A stretch of 64,000 nt of DNA from assembly GCA_021300155.1 (NCBI GenBank), contig JAJTID010000041.1, forward strand, positions 12,608 through 76,607, given 5' to 3'. This DNA comes from Pirellula sp. (lineage in GTDB: Bacteria; Planctomycetota; Planctomycetia; Pirellulales; Pirellulaceae). Under the pieces are notes generated by a model. It saw only the letters and a list, made by a program, of their open reading frames with translations, was not told the DNA's origin and did no database searches. Position 1 is the first letter of the stretch. Each line of letters starts with the position of its first letter. The translations under genes were made by a program, and so were the position numbers. Shown here one piece after another: positions 57,433-64,000 of this stretch.

Positions 57433-58410
57433 CTAGCTCGGTAAAGTGCCGAAACTATCGAGTAAGATTTGCACGACAAGCCGCCAACCATCGACGAGCA
57501 CAAACAATAGCAATTTGAAAGGAGTAGATATCAACGCTGGAGGCAGCATCATCATCCCCATAGAGACAGTGACAGAGGCAATCACGATATCGAGGATCAA
57601 GAAGGGCAAATAAATTTTGAATCCCATCAAGAATGCAATTTTGAGTTCACTCAACATGTATGCCGGCAACAGAACTTGAAGCGGAACATCTTCGAAAGAC
57701 TTTGGCCCAGGGCTGTCTGGCGAATAGCGACTATAGAAAAGAAAAACGTCGTCGTGATTCTCCGCCATGTCGATTTGCATCGCCATAAATTCCCGTATGG
57801 GGGTAGTTCCTCGATCCCAAGCCTCCGAGGTACTCATCTTCGAACCAGGTTTCGTGTAGGGCTCAACCGCTTCGTTGTATACACGGTTCCAGACAGGAGC
57901 CATGACAAAGAGCGTGATGAAAAGTGAGATCGAAGTAATGACTTGACTGGGCGGGAGTTGTTGCGCGCCGAGGGCCTGTTTGAGTAGTCCGAACACAACG
58001 ATGATTCGAACATAGCAGGTTGTCATCAACAGAATGGCAGGTGCTAAGCTCAGCACTGTCAGGAGCAGCAATATTTGTAGGGAGCTTGATAATCCGCGAG
58101 GGCTCAACCAAGCTTCGGGGCCACCTGCCAATTGGTTGGTTAGTTGCTCAACGGCATTTGTTCCTGCGTTTCCGCTCGCCGTTTGAGTTTCCTCCGTGGA
58201 CGAACGCACGGAGCTATTTTCTCGTATGTTTTGGGTGCGCTGGAGGACGGGATCGGAAACCGACGAAGAAAAACCAGATTGACCGAACGCAGGTTGAACA
58301 AGCAGCGCGTTGCAGAGAAACAGAACAAGGAAAAGGAGGAGCCCGAACTTGCAATCGCCTGCGGCAACAGGATGGCTCTTGAGCTTCGAGGATCTGCAAT
58401 TTGCTAGCAT
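57433..58410 (-). CDS. fliP: Flagellar export gate FliP (long N-terminal extension)
   Basis: '[12 protein letters not shown]', 'QQLPPSQV', '[10 protein letters not shown]', 'MGMMMLPP', '[11 protein letters not shown]'. Confidence 0.95.
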   Translation of the reverse strand: MLANCRSSKLKSHPVAAGDCKFGLLLFLVLFLCNALLVQPAFGQSGFSSSVSDPVLQRTQNIRENSSVRSSTEETQTASGNAGTNAVEQLTNQLAGGPEAWLSPRGLSSSLQILLLLTVLSLAPAILLMTTCYVRIIVVFGLLKQALGAQQLPPSQVITSISLFITLFVMAPVWNRVYNEAVEPYTKPGSKMSTSEAWDRGTTPIREFMAMQIDMAENHDDVFLFYSRYSPDSPGPKSFEDVPLQVLLPAYMLSELKIAFLMGFKIYLPFLILDIVIASVTVSMGMMMLPPALISTPFKLLLFVLVDGWRLVVQILLDSFGTLPS

Positions 58411-58580
58411 CGGCGTTGCCTGGGTCGGGATATTTCGTCTTTTTTTCGCGATTTACTCAAGTACACGATTCCCGCCACCAAAGCTAGACAGAATCAACCT
58501 AGAACTGGCGGGAGGGCTGATTCTTAGAAGCAGTTCGAATGGCTCCGAAGCACCGCGAAAGCCCGTCTTCCTTGAGGGCG

Positions 58581-58609
58581 TTGACGCAAAATTCGGTGCA
58601 TACTATGCT
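58581..58609 (+). promoter_or_regulatory. Sigma70-type promoter for the tRNA
   Basis: TTGACG (58581-58586), 17-nt spacer, TATGCT (58604-58609); the tRNA starts 15 nt downstream. Confidence 0.6.
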
Positions 58610-58624
58610 TACGCGAGAAGTTTT

Positions 58625-59114
58625 GGGACCGTAGCTCAACGGTTAGAGCAGGGGACTTAAGCGGTTGGCACCTAAAGCATTTTGAGATAGTCAGACGAAC
58701 CGGCGACAAGAGTTGCTTGGTGGTCCAGGAGATCCAAAAGCCAAGGTGCTACCATATGGGTTGCTCTTTGAGGAGCATACGATCTTCAAAGGGTAGAATC
58801 TGTCAAACTCGGGGAAGGCTTCGCGTTGAAATACGTATGTTAATCCCGAGCCAAGCTGCAACTAGTCAGCCTTTCCTAGCGAGTAGACTTGACAAAGTCG
58901 TTTTGCGGGAACGGTGTTCCGTTGCGGAAGGTGTAGAGACCAGACGGCAGACACTGGATACGTTTTTGGTCAAATGGCTCCTGAATAAGTAGCTAGATGA
59001 CCTGGGCAGATACATGTGAAGGTATGGTCCAGACCACAAACCCGAAAGGGGCGGCGAAAGCCGTAGTCGGTATGCATAATCCCTTGGTTGCAGGTTCGAA
59101 TCCTGCCGGTCCTA
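58625..59114 (+). tRNA. Intron-split tRNA with CAU anticodon, most likely tRNA-Ile2 (lysidine type). Exons 58625-58657 and 59075-59114
   Basis: Joined exons fold as a standard cloverleaf: acceptor GGGACCG/CGGTCCT-A, D arm GCTC/GAGC, anticodon arm GGGGA-CT CAT AA-TCCCT, short variable loop, T arm GCAGG-TTCGAAT-CCTGC. CCA is not encoded. It lacks the initiator signs (1:72 mismatch, G29-G31). Confidence 0.9.
58658..59074 (+). ncRNA. Group I self-splicing intron (IC3-like), 417 nt, no homing-endonuclease ORF
   Basis: The 5' exon ends in U and the intron ends in G. P caaactcggggaa (58804-58816), Q aatcccgagc (58842-58851), R gtgtagagaccagacgg (58931-58947), S gaaggtatggtcc (59018-59030). P7 GACCA/UGGUC, P3 UCUGUC with GACGGCAGA, GAAA-capped hairpins at 59041-59064. 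Confidence 0.92.
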
Positions 59115-59125
59115 CTTTCGAAAAA

Positions 59126-59155
59126 CCACGTGTTGTTTTGCGTGGATATTTTCTT
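59126..59155 (+). terminator. Possible intrinsic terminator or processing hairpin after the tRNA
   Basis: ccacgtg-ttgttt-tgcgtgg followed by atattttctt; weak stem with G-U pairs. Confidence 0.3.
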
Positions 59156-59222
59156 GGTTACTTGCATGCGACCTGCATATGCATGCGGCGATGAAGATCC
59201 CTTTGGTTGTTGAGAATCGAAA

Positions 59223-59873
59223 TTGCTTGAGACAGAATTGACCGATGACCTTCGCCCTTTTTCTCATCAAATCGCTGGATTGCAACGTGCAGGTCAACAA
59301 TTCTGGACCCGCGGCTGGTCGCTCGGTACTTCGAGCAACTACAGTGTCGTTGTGGAACGGAACCCGATAAAGCTTCTTCTTACCGCGAGTGGCAAAGACA
59401 AAGGGCATTTGCAGCCCAACGATTTTGTCCTTGTAGACGGGGAGGGGAAACCCACGTCTCCAGGTCAGCCCAAGAGTAGCGCTGAGACTCTTCTTCACTG
59501 TTTGGCGGCAACTCGAAACGGTGCTGGTGCGGTTCTTCACACGCATTCAGTCTGGTCAACGATTCTCTCTCAGCACTATTTCCCTCTAGGGGGCATTCGA
59601 ATCGAAGGCTTCGAGATGTTGAAAGGCCTCGAGGGCATAACAACACATGAATCCGTTTGTTGGATCCCAATTTTTGACAACACACAAGACATTGCCGAGC
59701 TATCTTCGCGTGTCTCCAGTTATCTGGATGCCAATCCGGATCAACCTTGCTGGGGCTATCTTATTCGGCAGCATGGACTCTATACTTGGGGCAAGGATTT
59801 AGATTCCGCGATGCGTCACATGGAAGTCATCGAGTTTTTGTTGGAGTGCCTTGGGCGGAAAACGAAACTATAG
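59223..59873 (+). CDS. mtnB: Methylthioribulose-1-phosphate dehydratase
   Basis: 'GWSLGTSSNYS', 'TASGKDKG', 'SSAETLLH', 'LHTHS', 'LKGLEG', 'RQHGLYTWG', 'EFLLEC'. Confidence 0.92.
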   Translation: MLETELTDDLRPFSHQIAGLQRAGQQFWTRGWSLGTSSNYSVVVERNPIKLLLTASGKDKGHLQPNDFVLVDGEGKPTSPGQPKSSAETLLHCLAATRNGAGAVLHTHSVWSTILSQHYFPLGGIRIEGFEMLKGLEGITTHESVCWIPIFDNTQDIAELSSRVSSYLDANPDQPCWGYLIRQHGLYTWGKDLDSAMRHMEVIEFLLECLGRKTKL

Positions 59874-59879
59874 TCCTGA

Positions 59880-61325
59880 GTGAGGCCAATCGACGTGGAC
59901 AGTCTATTTAAACGGGCGATTGCGATAAGCAAGATTGTTGATCAATCGCAGTGGGATTATTGCTTGCGACTGCTACGACATCGCTTGGCTAGCGAGTCCA
60001 GTTCCAGCGGAGATGTCGATGAAGATCGCTTGCTCAAGGCCATCCTGATAGAGCAAGGGGCTTTGACCAAATACCAAGCTGACCAGCTCATGGAGGGAAG
60101 GCAGGGGCTAACACTCGGTCCGTACATCATCACGGACTTTATCGGCCAGGGAGGAATGGGGCAAGTCTACAAGGCGGTCCATCAAGTTCTCGGACGAGAG
60201 TGTGCCATCAAAGTACTTCCTCCGCAAAAATCTGCGATGGATTCTGTGGCAATCGAAGGATTCATGCGAGAGATTCAGCTCCAGGCCAAACTGGATTCCA
60301 AGTACCTCGTGAGAGCTTATGACGCGGGCCAGGATCGCAAGGTGCATTATCTTGTTACGGAATATGTTCCTGGCATGGATTTAAGAAAGCTGGTAAAGTC
60401 GCAAGGGGCTCTTTCCCAGGGAAGAGCCGCGCATATCATTATGCAGGCTGCGTTAGGGCTCGATTATGCACATCAACAAGGCATGGTGCATCGAGATGTG
60501 AAGCCTGGAAACATACTGGTCACACCCGACGGCCAGGCGAAAGTCTCTGATGTTGGCCTAGCCGCAATCTTTGTTGACTCTCCGGCTGCAACATTCCGCT
60601 ATTCCAGTGACAATCGAGGCGAATCGAATTCCTTAAGCTTATTTGATGATCCACGCGCTGGAAAAATCCTAGGTACCGCCGACTATCTTTCGCCGGAGCA
60701 GATAAAAACACCATTGGAGGTAGGACCTGTTAGTGATGTGTATTCATTGGGATGCACGCTCTACTATGCGGTATGTGCTAAAGTGCCCTTTCCTGGTGGA
60801 GATACTGCAACCAAGCTGCGAAGGCATTTAGAAGAAATCCCGATGCATCCCCGGCGTTTCGCAACTGGTCTTCACGATGATTTCGTCGATATTGTTGCGG
60901 AGATGCTGGAAAAGGATGTTCACAAACGTATTCAATCGTGCGCGGAGGTTGCCGCTCGCCTCGAACCGTGGGCAAATCAAGAGTGGACTGCAACTTCTTA
61001 TCCAACCATCGCGAAAAGCCCCTGGGCAGCTCCGCCTCCACCTTCGATCGAATCCGAACAACATCCGCTCGCCGAAGACAGTCTTCATGAGACATCCCAA
61101 CCATCAAACGAGACCGGCGCATCGCAAGCTTCCAGTAAAAAACTAAATAACAACCCATCGCTTCCGGCCCCATCCGTGTTGCACGACGACTCGATCTCGG
61201 GGCACGCACAGTCCCCTGAGAGAACATCTCTCAGCATGACCATTGCACTTACTGCAGCCGTTGTGGTCCCACCCTCGCTGGTGATTGGAGCGATATTGGG
61301 CTATTTGATTGCTATGCGTCCGTAA
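59880..61325 (+). CDS. Hanks-type Ser/Thr protein kinase with C-terminal membrane anchor
   Basis: 'IGQGGMGQVYKA', 'AIK', 'HRDVKPGN', 'DVG', 'GTADYLSPEQ', 'DVYSLG'; C-terminal hydrophobic helix. Confidence 0.92.
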   Translation: MRPIDVDSLFKRAIAISKIVDQSQWDYCLRLLRHRLASESSSSGDVDEDRLLKAILIEQGALTKYQADQLMEGRQGLTLGPYIITDFIGQGGMGQVYKAVHQVLGRECAIKVLPPQKSAMDSVAIEGFMREIQLQAKLDSKYLVRAYDAGQDRKVHYLVTEYVPGMDLRKLVKSQGALSQGRAAHIIMQAALGLDYAHQQGMVHRDVKPGNILVTPDGQAKVSDVGLAAIFVDSPAATFRYSSDNRGESNSLSLFDDPRAGKILGTADYLSPEQIKTPLEVGPVSDVYSLGCTLYYAVCAKVPFPGGDTATKLRRHLEEIPMHPRRFATGLHDDFVDIVAEMLEKDVHKRIQSCAEVAARLEPWANQEWTATSYPTIAKSPWAAPPPPSIESEQHPLAEDSLHETSQPSNETGASQASSKKLNNNPSLPAPSVLHDDSISGHAQSPERTSLSMTIALTAAVVVPPSLVIGAILGYLIAMRP

Positions 61326-61486
61326 CCCTTCGGATTAATGGATTGGTTGCCTCGGTGAGAACTGAATAATCCTGTTGTAACGGCTAAACAGAGTAAAGCG
61401 ATTCAACAAACTCAAAGCTTTTTCTGCCTGATTGGCTTTCATGCACTAAATTGTAGCAGTCTCGTTTTTACTTGTTTGGCCAAACC

Positions 61487-62470
61487 ATGTCCAAAAAGAA
61501 AATAGCCGTTCATCCGCTAACCCTCATTCCCAACCATAATGTTGGCTTGGAAATCTCCTCCTGGGACGAGCGAAAAAAATCCTATGAGGTAATCGTCGCT
61601 GCCGACGAATCCTTGAGCACAGAGACGCAAAACCAGTTGGCCATGCTTTCGAAACCCAACTGCTTCATCCCCGCCGATTCGCTGGGACTTTATCGCGAGA
61701 TTTTAGCGAAAAACCTGAACTACTTGGCAAACGACAATTCGTTGTCCGATCTTATCAAGCTTTCGATCATTTGCGAGTACACTCGTCTTCGCTTATCCGA
61801 CGCCCTGGATTCACTGAGCTTCGAACAATGGATAACAGCGGCCTACTCGAATGCTAAGGACTTCGATCAATATGTGGAAAATGCGACGAAAGGTAAGACC
61901 GAATCGTTGGGGCGAAAAGTTCTATTTGCTCTTTGGAAAGAAGGTACATACGTAAATCATTCTTTCAATGTTGGATTCTATTGTTACCTATTATCGAAGT
62001 GCATGCCGAAGAAACTCGTCGAAGGGTTGGATCCTGTGGAGTGTATGGTGAGTGGGATTCTTCATGATGTCGGGAAATTGACTAACGACATCGGTGAGGA
62101 AGACACCCCCACAATGATTCCGCCAGTCGGACCTCTCGTGATCAACCCTATCAAGAAGTATGATGCACACCCATCGATTGGCTTCAAACTTTTGTTGCGA
62201 TATCCGATCATCACAAAGTTGCCGCTCTTGGCCTGTTACCAGCATCACGAGCGACACAATGGAAAGGGCTATCCTGTTGGACTTTACTCGGAAGAGATTC
62301 CAATCGGCTCAAGCATTTGCGCTGCTGCGAATCGATGGGACGGTCTGACGACCGAAAGAAGAGGCAGTAAAGCGATTTCCAGAGTCGGCGCACTTCAAAC
62401 CATACAATCGGAAAAGTCACTTTATTGGAATGCGGAAGTTGTGCAATGTCTAGCGAAGCTGATGAGTTAA
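61487..62470 (+). CDS. HD-GYP domain cyclic-dinucleotide phosphodiesterase
   Basis: 'NHSFNV', 'LHDVGK', 'HPSIG', 'QHHERHNGKGYP.GL..EEIP'. Confidence 0.88.
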   Translation: MSKKKIAVHPLTLIPNHNVGLEISSWDERKKSYEVIVAADESLSTETQNQLAMLSKPNCFIPADSLGLYREILAKNLNYLANDNSLSDLIKLSIICEYTRLRLSDALDSLSFEQWITAAYSNAKDFDQYVENATKGKTESLGRKVLFALWKEGTYVNHSFNVGFYCYLLSKCMPKKLVEGLDPVECMVSGILHDVGKLTNDIGEEDTPTMIPPVGPLVINPIKKYDAHPSIGFKLLLRYPIITKLPLLACYQHHERHNGKGYPVGLYSEEIPIGSSICAAANRWDGLTTERRGSKAISRVGALQTIQSEKSLYWNAEVVQCLAKLMS

Positions 62471-62859
62471 TATTCGAACAGCAACTAAAGCAGTACCCGC
62501 TCAAGTTCGTGGTACCAGCGTTCATCACCCAAGAGCTCAAGAAGCGGGGTGTCATGCCTTCCCCACAAAACGAGACACGCGGTGCGGCACGGTTTTACTG
62601 TAGCGGACATGTGATCGTTAAGTGCGAGGAACCGATGAGTGTGCTCGGAATCCAACACCCGACGGCCAGGGGTATCGTAAGAAACGTATCGAAATCAGGG
62701 ATGTCCTTTCTCTCGGCTTTCCAATTCTATCCGTGCCAAAAACTAACGCTTAGTCTCCCCATTTCGGAAGCCTTGGTCCAAGTCGTTCGATGCAATCAGG
62801 TCGGCAAAGGCTGTTTTGATATCGGTGTCCGGGTTGTTCGCTACTCAACCTGTTACTAG
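62446..62859 (+). CDS. PilZ domain protein
   Basis: RxxxR 'RGAAR' and (D/N)xSxxG 'NVSKSG'; beta-rich C-terminus 'VQVVRC....CFDIGV'. Start uncertain. Confidence 0.7.
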   Translation: MSSEADELIFEQQLKQYPLKFVVPAFITQELKKRGVMPSPQNETRGAARFYCSGHVIVKCEEPMSVLGIQHPTARGIVRNVSKSGMSFLSAFQFYPCQKLTLSLPISEALVQVVRCNQVGKGCFDIGVRVVRYSTCY

Positions 62860-63065
62860 CTAGACCATCCGAAAACATGCTCTGTCGCCATAATCGATAC
62901 GACCCCTAGCGAAGATAGCAAAAATCAGAGGGGAGAATCAAATAGCTCCAAGGAAGCGAGCTGACTTGCCGAGAACCAATTCTTGTACCGAACCGATCTG
63001 TGGCGGCATGATTTTTCGGTACGAGTTTCTCCCCCGATTACTCAATTCTCTTGCATACTTCCTTT

Positions 63066-64000
63066 ATGCTGTCGACTAAAAACCAGAGTATCTCCCCGAA
63101 CACCAAGAATGGCGCCAAGTCAAGCGGTGATGATTCGGCAAATCCTACCGCCAAAGTTATTGGTGTTGTCGAACAATTGGCGACGACGATGCAAAGTGCG
63201 ATCAGTGAGATTCGTGAGATTAACGAAAATGCCAAATTGCTTTCGCTCAACGCGCGAATCGAGGCTGCCCGCGCCGGTTCGAGCGGGGCTGCTTTTGGAG
63301 TTGTAGCTCAGGAAATGCAGGATCTCTCGAGCAAGACAGCCAGCGTAGCCGACGAAATGGCAAACAAAACTCGGGACTCCATCGACACGCTTATCCAAAT
63401 TATCGGTGGAAACGTAAAGGGAACTAGATTAGCAGACGTTGCACTAACCAACATCGATCTGGTCGATAGAAATCTTTATGAGCGAACCTGTGATGTCCGA
63501 TGGTGGGCCACGGACTCGGCATTGGTTGATGCGTTGAATTCACAATCTCAAGAGTCTATCGACTTTGCAACACGCCGAATGGGGATCATTCTCAATGCGT
63601 ACACCGTCTATTTCGATTTAGTGCTATGCGACACTCATGGAATGGTAATCGCAAACGGGCGACCGAACTCATTTCATTCCGTCGGTCGCAACGAGTCAAA
63701 ATCACTTTGGTTTACTCGTGCGATGGCCACTCAAAATGGAGATCAATTTGCTTCCCAACCGCCCCATCGCTCGATGTTGGTAGACGACCAAAATACTGCA
63801 ATTTATTCGGCTGCAGTTCGTCGAGATGGCGAGACGAGAGGGCAGGCGATCGGAGTCCTTGGAGTCCTCTTCAACTGGGAAGCTCTAGCAAATGCGATTT
63901 TGAACAACGCTTCGTTTGATGCGAACGAGTCGCTGAAAATGAAGCGATTGTTATTGGATGAAAGCGGCAATGTCTTGGCTGCGTCATCGACAACCCCTCG
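63066..64000 (+). CDS. Soluble methyl-accepting chemotaxis protein, N-terminal MCP signal domain then Cache-like sensor; 3'-truncated by the window
   Basis: Not in the ORF track because it has no stop. ATG 63066 is open to 64000: 'LLSLNARIEAARAGSSGAAFGVVAQEM', then 'DRNLYERTCDVRWWATD...DLVLCD..G..IANG...IGVLGVLFNW'. No TM segment. Confidence 0.88.
   Translation, partial: MLSTKNQSISPNTKNGAKSSGDDSANPTAKVIGVVEQLATTMQSAISEIREINENAKLLSLNARIEAARAGSSGAAFGVVAQEMQDLSSKTASVADEMANKTRDSIDTLIQIIGGNVKGTRLADVALTNIDLVDRNLYERTCDVRWWATDSALVDALNSQSQESIDFATRRMGIILNAYTVYFDLVLCDTHGMVIANGRPNSFHSVGRNESKSLWFTRAMATQNGDQFASQPPHRSMLVDDQNTAIYSAAVRRDGETRGQAIGVLGVLFNWEALANAILNNASFDANESLKMKRLLLDESGNVLAASSTTP

Noticed and set aside
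58651-58660. GGGGACTTAA read as a tRNA-Leu(UAA) anticodon loop with a classic Leu intron
   Set aside because: The 3' half has a short variable loop, not a class II arm. The only terminal G giving a 7-nt loop is 59074, followed by CATAA, so the anticodon is CAU.
58625-59114. Initiator tRNA-fMet identity, suggested by the intron position
   Set aside because: Positions 1 and 72 pair (G-U), and the three consecutive G-C pairs at 29-31/39-41 are absent (A31-U39).
59114-59222. tRNA 3' end as an integration site for a genomic island
   Set aside because: No integrase and no downstream duplicate of the tRNA 3' end was seen in the remaining 4.9 kb; the following genes (mtnB, kinase) look like ordinary chromosomal genes.
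62948-62975. Possible sigma28 promoter (CCAAG-N15-GCCGAGAA) before the MCP gene
   Set aside because: One mismatch in each box and spacing one base longer than consensus; too weak to call without TSS data.

Overview
A gene-dense, mostly core-genome segment of a bacterium, most likely Planctomycetota (Pirellulaceae-like). That assignment is an inference from the DUF1552/DUF1592 cytochrome pair, an SHD1 protein, beta-RFAP synthase, a CHAT protein, an LRR membrane protein and a eukaryote-type Ser/Thr kinase. About 55 CDS are supported, including msrPQ, namZ, lolDE, gluQ, truA, purN, galM, mtnB, flhB-fliR-fliQ-fliP and an HD-GYP/PilZ/MCP module. No rRNA, CRISPR array, transposase or prophage was seen. 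The strongest element the ORF track does not explain is a tRNA with a CAU anticodon (Ile2-like; 58625-59114) split at U33/C34 by a 417-nt ORF-less group I intron with recognisable P/Q/R/S core elements. Other candidates are: a ClpA-like AAA+ ATPase carrying a release-factor-like C-terminal module without GGQ; an MsrQ fused to FNR and 2Fe-2S domains (NOX-like); a translationally coupled operon led by an exported Glu/Asp-racemase-like protein; an orphan WXG100-like pair; and a soluble MCP with signalling domain first and sensor domain second, cut by the window end. All calls come from reading motifs by eye; no database searches were run.
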